Origin: Terriglobales bacterium
GTDB lineage: Bacteria > Acidobacteriota > Aminicenantia > Aminicenantales > Saccharicenantaceae
Reading direction: 5' to 3'
Assembly: GCA_035543515.1 (NCBI GenBank)
Contig: DATKJS010000044.1
Coordinates: 1-63,707 of the forward strand
Length of the DNA stretch: 63,707 nt
Shown: piece by piece, positions 8,422 to 17,987 of the stretch
Layout: every line of letters starts with the position of its first letter
How positions within the stretch are numbered: position 1 is the stretch's first letter
Program-made: the position numbers and the translations under genes
The notes under the pieces: generated by a model
What the model saw: the letters and a program-made list of their open reading frames with translations, nothing else
Databases searched by the model: none
What the model was told of the DNA's origin: nothing

Positions 8422-9747
8422 ATGGCCCGAGCCAACCCCGTTGAGAACCAGAGCCCGGATAAACGCGTCCGTCCGATGACCGGTCGGAGCGCCGGGGACG
8501 GCCGGCCCCGACCGGCCCTGGCCGCGCTTCTCGTCCTGGGTCTGGCCGCCCTGGCCTTCGGCGACGAGGCGGCCCGCCTCCTGTCGCTCGATGAGGCCGT
8601 CGGCCAGGCCCTCGGCCGCAATCCCGCCGTCCTGCGGGCCCGCCAGGAAGCCGACGCCGCGCGGGGCCGGCGGCTCCAGCTCCAGGCCGCACCGGCTCCC
8701 GAGCTGAGCTTCGAGGCCGCGGCCCTGCCGCTCTGGAACGACAAGGGCGGCGAGGAATTCAGCCTGGGCCTCCGCCAGCTCGTCGAGTTCCCCGGCAAGA
8801 GGGGGCTTCGGCGCGAGATCGGGCGGTCGGGCGAGGCGCAGGCCGCGCTCGAGCTCGAGCGGGTCCGGTCAATCGTCCGGGGCCGGGTCGAGAAGGCGTA
8901 TTGGCAGGCCGTCCATGCCCGCAGACAGCTGGACGGGCTGACCTCGGTCATGGCCACGCTCGAGGAATACTCCGAGCTCGCTGCGGCGCGCTACAAGAGC
9001 GGCCAGGTCCCATACCTGGACATCGTCCGTGGCCGGGTCGAAACCCTGCGCCTGCGCAACGAGATCGTCGAGGCCCGCCGCAACCTCAAGGAGAGGACGG
9101 CCGCGCTCGAGCTCCTCATGGGCGAGAGGGATTATGCCCCGCTCGACCTCTCCACGGACATGGGCTTCACGCCCGTCGGCAAGAGCCTCGAGGAGCTCAA
9201 GGCCGCGGCCCTGGCCGGCTCGAGCCTCCGCTTGGCCGCCGAGCGGCGGCGGCAGGCCGAACACGCGGCCGCCCTGGCTAGGAAGGCGGGTCTCCCGGAC
9301 TTCACGGTCGGCCTTTTCACGCCGAGCAAGCGGCTCGGCGGCTGGGGTTTCGAAGTCGGCCTGACCCTGCCTTTCTTCAGTACCTCGGCCCGGGGCGCGG
9401 CCGTCGAATCCGAGGCGATGGAACGGCAGGTTGCGATCGCTGCCGAGGCCCGGAGGAGCGGGGCGCTCTTCGCGCTCGAGAGCGCGTACGCCGACGCCCG
9501 GGCCCTCGAGGACGAGATCGTGCTCTTCCGCGACACGATGATGCGCGAGGTCGAAGAATCGTTGAAGGCCGGGCTCCTCAATTATCAGTACGGCCGGGCC
9601 GATTCGCTGGGCGTCCTGGACATCGTCCGGGGGCTCAAAGACGCCCGGGCGGAGTTTCTCCGTGCCCTGCTCAACCACCAGCTGGCCTTGATCGACATCG
9701 CGACGGCCGGCGAGGACGACGGCTTCGGCGCCGCGTCCAATGACTGA
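8422..9747 (+). CDS. czcC: TolC/CzcC-family outer membrane efflux protein
   Basis: LSLDEAVGQALGRNP, repeated OEP helices, LPDFTVG, GLTLPFF; first gene of an RND triplet. Confidence 0.9.
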   Translation: MARANPVENQSPDKRVRPMTGRSAGDGRPRPALAALLVLGLAALAFGDEAARLLSLDEAVGQALGRNPAVLRARQEADAARGRRLQLQAAPAPELSFEAAALPLWNDKGGEEFSLGLRQLVEFPGKRGLRREIGRSGEAQAALELERVRSIVRGRVEKAYWQAVHARRQLDGLTSVMATLEEYSELAAARYKSGQVPYLDIVRGRVETLRLRNEIVEARRNLKERTAALELLMGERDYAPLDLSTDMGFTPVGKSLEELKAAALAGSSLRLAAERRRQAEHAAALARKAGLPDFTVGLFTPSKRLGGWGFEVGLTLPFFSTSARGAAVESEAMERQVAIAAEARRSGALFALESAYADARALEDEIVLFRDTMMREVEESLKAGLLNYQYGRADSLGVLDIVRGLKDARAEFLRALLNHQLALIDIATAGEDDGFGAASND

Positions 9748-9775
9748 ACCCGACATGACTAGAACGAGGACGATC

Positions 9776-10903
9776 ATGAAAAGAGAACAGACGACGTTCG
9801 GCGCGGCCGTTGCCCTGGCGCTCCTGGCCCTCCTCCTCGCTCTCGCCTGCAAGGGCGGGCCCGCCCGGGGCGGGGAGGCCCCGGCGGCGACAAGAGCGGC
9901 CGAGGGGACAGTGGCCCTGAGCCCCGAGGCGGCCCGCACGGCCGGCATCAAGACCGAGGCGGCCCGCTTCATGAGCTTCCGGCCCGCGGTCAAGGCCTCG
10001 GGGACCGTGGCCCTCAACCAGAAGGCCTTTGTCCGCATCACCCCGCGCGTCGCCGGCCGCGTCGAGAGCGTGTCCGCCTTCGAGGGCGACCGCGTCCGGG
10101 CCGGACAGGATCTCTTCCGCCTCTGGAGCGCGGAGCTGATGGCCGTCCAAGCCGAATACCTTCAGATCCTGGCCCGGGACGCGGCCCCGGCCGGGAGCGT
10201 CCCGCCCGAGGAGGCCAAGCTCCAGGAAGGCCTGGTCAAGTCGACCGAGTCACGGCTCCGGCTGATGGGCTTCGCCGAGGAGGACCTGGCGGCCCTGCGC
10301 GCCGGCCGGCGGGCGCTCCCGGACCTGGCCATCCGCGCCCCCATCGCCGGCACGGTCGTCGAGGTCGGCGTTGCGGCCGGCAGCGCCGTGGAACCCGGGG
10401 CGGGCCTCGCCGCCGTAGCCGACCTGTCCGTGCTTTGGGTCCAGGTCAGCCTCTTCGAGAAGGACCTGGCCGCGGTCGCCCCCGGCGCGTTCGCCGAGGT
10501 CGAGGTCGCGGCTTATCCCGATCAGATCTTCCCGGGAACGCTCGTCAGCGTCGGCGCCCTCATGGACGAGGCGACGCGGACGGTCAAGGCCCGTGTCGAA
10601 GTGCCGAATCCCGGCGGCCGGCTCAAGCCGGGCATGTTCGCCGACGTCCGGATCGTCCCCAAGGACCCCGTGACGGTCCTGGCCGTTCCCGAGCAGGCCG
10701 TCAGGACGATGTCGGGACAGACCGTCGTGTTCATCGCGGGACCCGGCGGGACCTACCTCCGGAGGGAGGTCCGGAAGGGGCGGGACTTCGAATCCTACGT
10801 CGAGATCCTCGAGGGGCTTACGGCGGGGGAGCGGGTCGTGTGCGACGGCAGCTTCGACGTCAAGGCCGAGATGCTCAAGGGCACGCTCGAAGGAGAAAAA
10901 TGA
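9776..10903 (+). CDS. czcB: RND efflux periplasmic adaptor (CzcB/CusB family)
   Basis: Lipobox LALAC, RITPRVAGRVE, IRAPIAGTV, LKPGMFA. Start 9776 has SD GAGGA; the ORF track starts at 9740. Confidence 0.9.
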   Translation: MKREQTTFGAAVALALLALLLALACKGGPARGGEAPAATRAAEGTVALSPEAARTAGIKTEAARFMSFRPAVKASGTVALNQKAFVRITPRVAGRVESVSAFEGDRVRAGQDLFRLWSAELMAVQAEYLQILARDAAPAGSVPPEEAKLQEGLVKSTESRLRLMGFAEEDLAALRAGRRALPDLAIRAPIAGTVVEVGVAAGSAVEPGAGLAAVADLSVLWVQVSLFEKDLAAVAPGAFAEVEVAAYPDQIFPGTLVSVGALMDEATRTVKARVEVPNPGGRLKPGMFADVRIVPKDPVTVLAVPEQAVRTMSGQTVVFIAGPGGTYLRREVRKGRDFESYVEILEGLTAGERVVCDGSFDVKAEMLKGTLEGEK

Positions 10904-13900
10904 TGATCGAGAAGGTCATCGCCTTTTCGCTCAAGGAGCGGACCCTCATCCTCGTCGTCCTGGCCCTCGTCGTTGGGGTCGGGGTCTATTCGTTCCTGAC
11001 CCTGCCGATCGACGCCTTCCCCGACGTGACCAACATCCAGGTCGAAGTCGTAGCCACGGCGCCCGGCCTCTCCCCCCTGGAGATCGAGAAGTTCGTGACC
11101 CACCCGATCGAGATGGGCATGCGCGGCCTGCCGGGCCTCCACCTCATGCGCTCGGTCACCAAGTACGGGATCTCGGTCGTCACCCTGGTCTTCGAGGACA
11201 AGGTGAACATCTACTTCGCCCGCCAGCTCGTCTTCCAACGCCTGGCCGAGGCCCGGGACGTCATGCCCGAGGGCGTCGGCATCGAGATGGGGCCCGTGGC
11301 CACGGCCATGGGGGAGATCTATCAGTACACGCTCGAAGGGCCGGAGCCGGCCGACGAGGCCGGGCGCGTGGCCCGCCTCACGGAGCTCCGGACCCTGCAG
11401 GACTGGGTCATCAGCGCCCAGCTCAAGTCCGTGCCGGGTGTCAGCGAGGTCAATTCCTTCGGCGGCTACATTCGGCAACTCCAGGTCATCATGGACCCGG
11501 ACCGGCTCCTCAAGTACGGGCTGAGCGCCAACGCCGTCTACGAGGCCGTCAAGAACAACAACCAGAACGTCGGCGGCGGCTTCCTCGACCGCCACTCCGA
11601 GCAGTTCCTCATCCGCGGCATCGGGCTCATCCGCTCCGTCGGTGATATCTCCCGGATCGTCCTCAAGTCGTCGGGCGGCGTCCCCGTCACGATCGCCGAC
11701 GTCGCCGAAGTCCGGGCGGGCCACGCCGTCCGCCAGGGGGCGGCGGTCAAGGACGGGAAGAAGGAGTGCGTCGGCGGCGTCGTTATGCTCCTCCGCGGCG
11801 AGAACAGCCGCGACGTCGTCGCCCGGGTCGAGGCCAAGGTGGCCGAGATCAACGACTCGAGCCTCCTGCCGGCCGGCGTGCGGATCGAGCCCTACTACAA
11901 GCGCTCGGACATCATCGTCAAGAGCATCGGCACCGTCACCGGGGCCCTGGCCATCGGGTCCCTCCTGGTCATCATCGTCCTCTTCCTGTTCCTCAGGAGC
12001 GTCCGCGGGGCCTTGATCGTCATCCTGGCCCTGCCGCTCTCGGCGCTCGTGACGTTCACCGTCATGAAGACCGCGGGCCTCACGGCCAACCTCATCTCGC
12101 TCGGCGGCCTGGCCATCTGCATCGGCATGATCATCGACGCGACGATCATCCAGGTGGAGAACGTTCAGCGGCACTTGAGCGCGGCCGGAAGGGGAAGATC
12201 GACCGTCCGGGATGTCTTCGCGGCCGTCCTCGAGGTCCGCAAGCCGAGCATCTTCGGCGAGCTCATCATCGCCCTGACTTTCCTGCCCATCGTCAGCCTG
12301 CGGGGCTACGAAGGCAAGATGTTCTCGCCCCTGGCCTTCACCGTGGCCATCGCCCTGCTGGCCTCGCTCCTCCTTTCGATCTTCGTCGTCCCGGTCCTCT
12401 GCTCGCTCCTCCTCAAGCCGGGGCGCGGGAAAGAGAGCGTCCTCCTCCGGGCCGCCAAGAGGGTCTATCTGCCCGTCCTCGGATTCGGGCTGCGGCGCAA
12501 GGGGGTCGTCATCGGCGGCGCCGTGCTGATGCTGGCCGCGGCCGTGGCGGTCATCCCGCGGCTCGGGACGGAGTTCCTGCCGGTCATGGACGAAGGGGCC
12601 TTCGACATGGACTTCCAGCTGCTGCCCGGCGTCTCGCTCGACAAGGCCCTGGAGGTCTCCAAGCTCGTCGAACGGAAGGTCATGGCGTTCCCCGAGATGG
12701 CGGTCATCGTCGGCAAGACGGGCCAGACCGGCATCGCCATCGAAGCGCGGGGAGTTGACAAGACGGGATACGTCGGCGCCCTGCGGCCGCGCTCCGAGTG
12801 GACGAACGCCAAGACAAGCCCCGAGCTCATGGAGAAGATGCGCCAAGCCGTGGCCGACGTCCCGGGCATGGTCATTTCCTTCAGCCAGCCCATCCAGTGC
12901 CGGATCAGCGAGCTCATGGAGGGCACGAGGGCCCAGGTCCTGGTCAAGGTCTTCGGCGACGACATGGACGTCCTCAAGTCGACCGCCGAGTCGATCGCCC
13001 GCGTCCTCTCGGGCGTCCGGGGCGCCAAGGACATCCTCGTCGAGCAGATCTCGGGCCAGCCCTACATCTCGATCGCCGTGGACCGGGCCCGGATCGCCCG
13101 CCACGGCATCAACGTCAGGGACGTTCTCGAGGTCATCGAGATCGCGGTCGAAGGAAAGCCGGCCAGCCTCGTCTACGAGGAAAGCAAGTCCTTCGATATC
13201 ACGACCCGCTTCGCCGAAAACCACCGCAACTCGATCGAGAAGCTCAAGACGATCCTCATCGACGCGCCGGGAGGCTACCGGGTCCCCCTGGGCGAACTGG
13301 CCTCCGTGGAGGCCGTCGAGGGGCCGGCCCAGATCAGCCGCGAGAACGGCCAGCGGCGCGTCGGCATCGAGATGAACATCGCCGGGCGCGACATCGGCGG
13401 CTTCGTCAAGGAAGCCCGGGAGAGGGTCCGGCGCGAGGTGATGCTCGCCCCGGGGACGTACGTGAGTTGGGGCGGACAATTCGAAAACCAGCAGCGGGCC
13501 ATGGGCCGGCTGATGGTCATCGCGCCGGCGGTCATCGCCCTCATCTTCTTCCTCCTCCTGGTCACGTTCGACTCGGCCAAGCTGGCGCTCCTCGTGCTCT
13601 TGAACCTTCCGTTCGCCCTGATCGGCGGGGTCTTCGCCCTCCTTGTCTCGGGCCTCTATCTGTCCGTGCCGGCGTCGGTGGGGTTCATCGTCTTGTTCGG
13701 CGTGGCTGTGCTCAACGGGCTCGTCCTCGTCTCCTGCATCTCGCAGCTCCAGGACTGCGGCGTGCCCGTCGAGGAGGCTGTCCGGAAGGGGGCGGAGACG
13801 AGGCTGCGGCCGGTCCTCATGACGGCCTCGATCGCCGTCTTCAGCCTCATCCCGCTTCTCTTCGCCACGGGACCGGGCTCGGAGATCCAGAAGCCGCTGG

Positions 13901-14055
13901 CCGTGGTGGTCGTCGGAGGGCTGATCTCATCAACGTTGCTGACGCTCCTCGTCCTGCCGGTTCTCTATGGCTGGTTCCGGAAGCGCGCGGGGAACGGGGG
14001 CCCTGCCGAGGGAGACCTCGAGGCCGGAACGGGGGAGAGCTGCGAGCTTGAATAA
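10900..14055 (+). CDS. czcA: CusA/CzcA-family heavy-metal RND efflux permease
   Basis: LPIDAFPDVTNIQV, SLGGLAICIGMIIDA, GTEFLPVMDEG, AVLNG, RLRPVLMTA. True start at the ATGA overlap with the czcB stop (10900), not 10435. Confidence 0.95.
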   Translation: MMIEKVIAFSLKERTLILVVLALVVGVGVYSFLTLPIDAFPDVTNIQVEVVATAPGLSPLEIEKFVTHPIEMGMRGLPGLHLMRSVTKYGISVVTLVFEDKVNIYFARQLVFQRLAEARDVMPEGVGIEMGPVATAMGEIYQYTLEGPEPADEAGRVARLTELRTLQDWVISAQLKSVPGVSEVNSFGGYIRQLQVIMDPDRLLKYGLSANAVYEAVKNNNQNVGGGFLDRHSEQFLIRGIGLIRSVGDISRIVLKSSGGVPVTIADVAEVRAGHAVRQGAAVKDGKKECVGGVVMLLRGENSRDVVARVEAKVAEINDSSLLPAGVRIEPYYKRSDIIVKSIGTVTGALAIGSLLVIIVLFLFLRSVRGALIVILALPLSALVTFTVMKTAGLTANLISLGGLAICIGMIIDATIIQVENVQRHLSAAGRGRSTVRDVFAAVLEVRKPSIFGELIIALTFLPIVSLRGYEGKMFSPLAFTVAIALLASLLLSIFVVPVLCSLLLKPGRGKESVLLRAAKRVYLPVLGFGLRRKGVVIGGAVLMLAAAVAVIPRLGTEFLPVMDEGAFDMDFQLLPGVSLDKALEVSKLVERKVMAFPEMAVIVGKTGQTGIAIEARGVDKTGYVGALRPRSEWTNAKTSPELMEKMRQAVADVPGMVISFSQPIQCRISELMEGTRAQVLVKVFGDDMDVLKSTAESIARVLSGVRGAKDILVEQISGQPYISIAVDRARIARHGINVRDVLEVIEIAVEGKPASLVYEESKSFDITTRFAENHRNSIEKLKTILIDAPGGYRVPLGELASVEAVEGPAQISRENGQRRVGIEMNIAGRDIGGFVKEARERVRREVMLAPGTYVSWGGQFENQQRAMGRLMVIAPAVIALIFFLLLVTFDSAKLALLVLLNLPFALIGGVFALLVSGLYLSVPASVGFIVLFGVAVLNGLVLVSCISQLQDCGVPVEEAVRKGAETRLRPVLMTASIAVFSLIPLLFATGPGSEIQKPLAVVVVGGLISSTLLTLLVLPVLYGWFRKRAGNGGPAEGDLEAGTGESCELE

Positions 14056-14058
14056 GAT

Positions 14059-14149
14059 GGGGTCAGGCCTGCTTCTTATCACTCTTGCCATGGAACCGAA
14101 GGTGCGTCCTCGGTCGGGATCAATAGTGATAAAAAGCAGACCTGACCCC
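14059..14149. repeat. 91-bp palindromic REP/REPIN- or MITE-like element
   Basis: GGGGTCAGGCCTGCTTCTTATCACT (14059-14083) is the inverted repeat of AGTGATAAAAAGCAGACCTGACCCC (14125-14149), 23/25 matches, with an inner hairpin ACCGAAGG...CCTCGGT. Confidence 0.75.
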
Positions 14150-14210
14150 CCTTTTGGATTTGGCTCCGTCTTGTCCTTGGCCCCCTGTTTATAATAGAAT
14201 CTGCCGACCC

Positions 14211-15686
14211 ATGAAGTTCGACGCGCTATTGGCCAAGAAGTCCCTCGGGCAGCTGACCCGGGAAGCCTCCTCCGAGGCCTCCGGCCTGAAGAGGGTCCTC
14301 GGGCCGTGGCACCTCATCTTCCTCGGCGTCGGGGCCATCGTCGGCGCGGGCATCTTCGTCATGACCGGCCACGTCGCCGCCCAGTATTCCGGCCCGGCCG
14401 TGACCCTCTCCATCGTGCTCGCCGGCCTGACGTGCGCCTTCGCCGGGCTCTGCTACGCCGAATTCGCCTCGCTCATCCCCATCGCCGGCAGCGCCTACAC
14501 CTACGCTTACGCGACACTCGGCGAGATCTTTGCCTGGATTATCGGCTGGGACCTCATCCTGGAATACTCGGTGGGGGCTACGACGGTCGCGATCGGCTGG
14601 TCCGGGTACGTCGTCAGCTTTCTCAAGGGCATCGGCCTCAACGTCCCCGCCGCCCTGGCCGACGCGCCCTTCGCGTTCGACCCGAAGTCCGGCGCCTGGA
14701 CGAGGACCGGCGCCTGGATCAACCTTCCGGCCCTCCTGGTGATCCTCCTCATCACCTACGTCCTCGTGCGGGGCATCCGGGAGTCGGCGACGGTCAACTC
14801 GGTCATCGTCTTCCTCAAGATCGCCATCATCCTCATCTTCATCGGGGCGGGTCTCTTCTTCATCAAGCCGGGCCTGTGGAAGCCGTTCATCCCCCCGAAC
14901 CAGGGACAGTCCGGCTTCTTCGGCTGGAGCGGGATCCTCCGCGGGGCCGGGGTGATGTTCTTCGCCTACCTCGGCTTCGACGCCGTCTCGACGGCGGCCC
15001 AGGAGGCCAGGAACCCGAAACGCGACATGCCCATCGGCATCCTCGGCTCGCTCTTCGCCTGCACGGCCATCTACATCGTCTTCTCCCTCGTCCTCACGGG
15101 CGTCGTCCCCTACACCCAGCTCAACGTCCCCGCCCCCGTGGCCGTGGCCATCGACGCCATGCGGCTCTTCTGGCTCTCGCCCCTGATCAAGATCGCCGCC
15201 ATCATCGGCCTCATGTCGGTGATGATCGTCCAGCTCATGGGCCAGCCGCGGATCTTCTACACCATGGCCAAGGATGGGCTCCTGCCGCCGGCCGCGGCCC
15301 GGGTCCACCCGAAATACGGCACACCCTATGTTACGACGATCGTCACGGGCCTTGTCGTCAGCGTTGCGGCATCGCTCCTGCCCATGGGCATCGTTGGAGA
15401 GCTCGTCAGCATCGGGACGCTCTTCGCCTTCGCCATCGTCTGCAGCGGCGTCCTCGTCCTCCGCTACGCCCGCCCCGACATCCCCCGGCCCTTCAAGACC
15501 CCCCTCGTTCCGTTCGTCCCCCTCCTGGGCATTTTTTCCTGTGTCTACCTGATGACCCGCCTGTCCAAGGACACCTGGGTCCGCCTCATCGCCTGGATGG
15601 CGATCGGGCTCGTCATCTATTTCACCTACGGCATCCGCAAGAGCCGGCTGCGGCGTCCGCCGGCGGCCGGCCCGGATGCGACCTGA
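14211..15686 (+). CDS. APC-family amino acid permease (cationic amino acid/YfnA-like)
   Basis: [44 protein letters not shown]. Start ATG 14211. Confidence 0.92.
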   Translation: MKFDALLAKKSLGQLTREASSEASGLKRVLGPWHLIFLGVGAIVGAGIFVMTGHVAAQYSGPAVTLSIVLAGLTCAFAGLCYAEFASLIPIAGSAYTYAYATLGEIFAWIIGWDLILEYSVGATTVAIGWSGYVVSFLKGIGLNVPAALADAPFAFDPKSGAWTRTGAWINLPALLVILLITYVLVRGIRESATVNSVIVFLKIAIILIFIGAGLFFIKPGLWKPFIPPNQGQSGFFGWSGILRGAGVMFFAYLGFDAVSTAAQEARNPKRDMPIGILGSLFACTAIYIVFSLVLTGVVPYTQLNVPAPVAVAIDAMRLFWLSPLIKIAAIIGLMSVMIVQLMGQPRIFYTMAKDGLLPPAAARVHPKYGTPYVTTIVTGLVVSVAASLLPMGIVGELVSIGTLFAFAIVCSGVLVLRYARPDIPRPFKTPLVPFVPLLGIFSCVYLMTRLSKDTWVRLIAWMAIGLVIYFTYGIRKSRLRRPPAAGPDAT

Positions 15687-15699
15687 CCGAGGAGGCCCC

Positions 15700-17202
15700 A
15701 TGAGCTCCAATCCCGCCCCCGCCCCTCCGGCCCCCCCCGCGGCCGGGGCCCGCGAGTTCAAGCGCGAGATGTCCCTCTTCGACTCCATGATGATCGTCAT
15801 GGGAGCGATGATCGGCTCCGGCATCTTCATCGTCAGCGCGGACATCGCCCGGACCGTCGGCTCGGCGGGCTACCTCCTGCTCGTCTGGTTCATCACCGGC
15901 GTCGTGACCATCATCGGCGCCCTGAGCTACGGCGAGCTGGCCGGGATGATGCCCCATGCCGGCGGCCTCTACGTGTACCTCCGCGAGGCCTACAACCCCC
16001 TGACCGGCTTCCTCTACGGCTGGACGACCTTCCTCGTCATCCAGACGGGGACGATCGCGGCCGTCGGCGTCGCCTTCGCCAAGTTCACCGGAGTCCTCAT
16101 TCCCTGGTTCCGCGAGGACAATGTCCTCGTGACCGTCCTCGGCCTGAAGGTCTCGGCCGCCCAGCTTCTGGCCATCGCCAGCATCGTCCTCCTGACCGCC
16201 CTCAACATGCGCGGCCTGAGGACGGGCAAGACGATCCAGGGCCTCTTCACCGTGACCAAGACGCTGGCGCTCACGGGGCTCATCCTGCTCGGGTTCATCT
16301 TCGGGGCCAACGCTGCGGCCGTCAAGGCCAATCTGGCCGGGTTCTGGAAGGCGAGCTGGACGCACCTCGCGAGCGGCGGCGGCATCGCCTCCGTCGAGCC
16401 GCTCTCGGGGCTGATGGTCGTGGCCGCGATCGGGGCGGCCATGGTCGGCTCGCTCTTCGCTTCGGACGAGTGGTACACGGTGACCTACATCGCCGGCGAG
16501 GTCAAGAACCCCAAGCGGAACATCCCCCTCAGCCTCGTCCTCGGGGCCGGCATCGTCACCCTCCTCTATTTCCTGGCCAACGTCGCCTACGTCACGATCC
16601 TGCCCGTCCACGGCACCCCGGGGGCGGCCGACGTCGTGGGACGGGGGATCCAGTTCGCCACGGCGGACCGGGTCGGCACGGCGGCCGCCTCGATGATCTT
16701 CGGCTTGCCGGCGGCCGTCATCATGGCGGTCCTGATCATGATCTCGACCTTCGGCTGCAACAACGGGCTGATCCTGTCCGGGGCCCGGGTCTATTACGCC
16801 ATGGCCAAGGACGGGCTGTTCTTCAACGCGACGGGATCGCTCAACAAGAAGTGCGTGCCGGGCACGGCTCTCGTCGTCCAGTGCGTCTGGGCCAGCCTGC
16901 TCTGCCTGTCCGGGAGGTACAGCGACCTCCTCGATTACGTCGTCTTCGCCGTCCTGATCTTCTTCGTCCTCATCGTCAGCGGCATCTTCATCCTGAGGAA
17001 GAAGAAGCCCGACGCCGAGCGCCCCTACAAGGCCTGGGGCTATCCCGTCGTCCCGGCCATCTATATCCTGGTCGCGGCGGCCATCGCCGTCGACCTCCTC
17101 GTCTTTAAGCCAAAGTACACGATCCCGGGCCTGGCCATCGTCCTTCTCGGCATCCCCGTCTATTTCGTCCGGAAGGCCCTGGCCAAGGCGCCCGCGGATT
17201 GA
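15700..17202 (+). CDS. APC-family amino acid permease (LAT/SteT-like)
   Basis: GAMIGSGIF, LSYGELAGMMPHAGG, AGEVKNPKRNIP, GARVYYAMAKDG. SD GGAGG before ATG 15700. Confidence 0.92.
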   Translation: MSSNPAPAPPAPPAAGAREFKREMSLFDSMMIVMGAMIGSGIFIVSADIARTVGSAGYLLLVWFITGVVTIIGALSYGELAGMMPHAGGLYVYLREAYNPLTGFLYGWTTFLVIQTGTIAAVGVAFAKFTGVLIPWFREDNVLVTVLGLKVSAAQLLAIASIVLLTALNMRGLRTGKTIQGLFTVTKTLALTGLILLGFIFGANAAAVKANLAGFWKASWTHLASGGGIASVEPLSGLMVVAAIGAAMVGSLFASDEWYTVTYIAGEVKNPKRNIPLSLVLGAGIVTLLYFLANVAYVTILPVHGTPGAADVVGRGIQFATADRVGTAAASMIFGLPAAVIMAVLIMISTFGCNNGLILSGARVYYAMAKDGLFFNATGSLNKKCVPGTALVVQCVWASLLCLSGRYSDLLDYVVFAVLIFFVLIVSGIFILRKKKPDAERPYKAWGYPVVPAIYILVAAAIAVDLLVFKPKYTIPGLAIVLLGIPVYFVRKALAKAPAD

Positions 17203-17219
17203 CGGGGAGGGGGCGGGAT

Positions 17220-17411
17220 CTACTTCCTCTTGTCCGCGGCCAGGACGCCCGCGGCCATGTACTCCTTCGGGGAGATTTCCTGGACCCAGACGCGGATCGA
17301 TTCGAGCGGCGCGCCGATCGATTCGTGCACGGCCGTCGTGACCGAGGAGAGGAGGGCCCTCTTCTGTTCGTCCGTCCGGCCTTCCATCAGGTGGATCTCG
17401 ATGAGCGGCAT
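17220..17411 (-). CDS. 4-oxalocrotonate tautomerase family protein
   Basis: MPLIEIHLMEGRTDEQKRALL...SIRVWVQE: N-terminal Pro after Met, 63 aa, SD AAGGAG. The true start lies inside the longer ORF-track entry. Confidence 0.9.
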   Translation of the reverse strand: MPLIEIHLMEGRTDEQKRALLSSVTTAVHESIGAPLESIRVWVQEISPKEYMAAGVLAADKRK

Positions 17412-17592
17412 GTCGGGCTCCTTTCTGCCCCATTCTAACAAAGATGGGGGCAAATCTTCATTTCGCCACTTTATTGGACCCGTAGGCCGAGCCTCAACAG
17501 TGATCGGTTGGAGTGGCAGAATGCAGATTTGACCCGTCTCCGATTGACTTTCCGGAGGCCTTCTGATAAACACATAGGCGAAGGCGGTAGAC

Positions 17593-17940
17593 ATGGACAT
17601 CAGGACCCGGGACCACCAGGGCATCGTCGTGTTCGACATCGACGGGGAGGTCACCATCTCGACCATGCCGCAGCCGACCCTGCACCAGCTCATCAAGGAC
17701 CAGCTCGAGCGGGGGAAGCGGGACATCCTGCTCGACCTGAAAAAGGTCGATTTCATCGACAGCTTCGGCATCGGCGAGCTCCTGGCGAGCTACGTTTCGA
17801 CGCAAAACCTGGGGGGGAAGCTCAAGCTCTGCCACGTCTCCAGAAAACTCTTCCTCCTCTTCCAGATCACCAGGCTCGTCACCGTCCTCGAGATCTATGA
17901 GGATTGCGACCGCGCCCTGAAGAGCTTCGGCACGCCTTGA
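17593..17940 (+). CDS. STAS-domain anti-sigma-factor antagonist (RsbV/SpoIIAA-like)
   Basis: ILLDLKKVDFIDSFGIGELL with the conserved phospho-acceptor Ser (DS), GGKLKL, ITRL. Confidence 0.92.
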   Translation: MDIRTRDHQGIVVFDIDGEVTISTMPQPTLHQLIKDQLERGKRDILLDLKKVDFIDSFGIGELLASYVSTQNLGGKLKLCHVSRKLFLLFQITRLVTVLEIYEDCDRALKSFGTP

Positions 17941-17987
17941 ATCCCGCCGGGCCGGGGGAGGGGGGACGGCCGTTGGACGAGGGCCGG

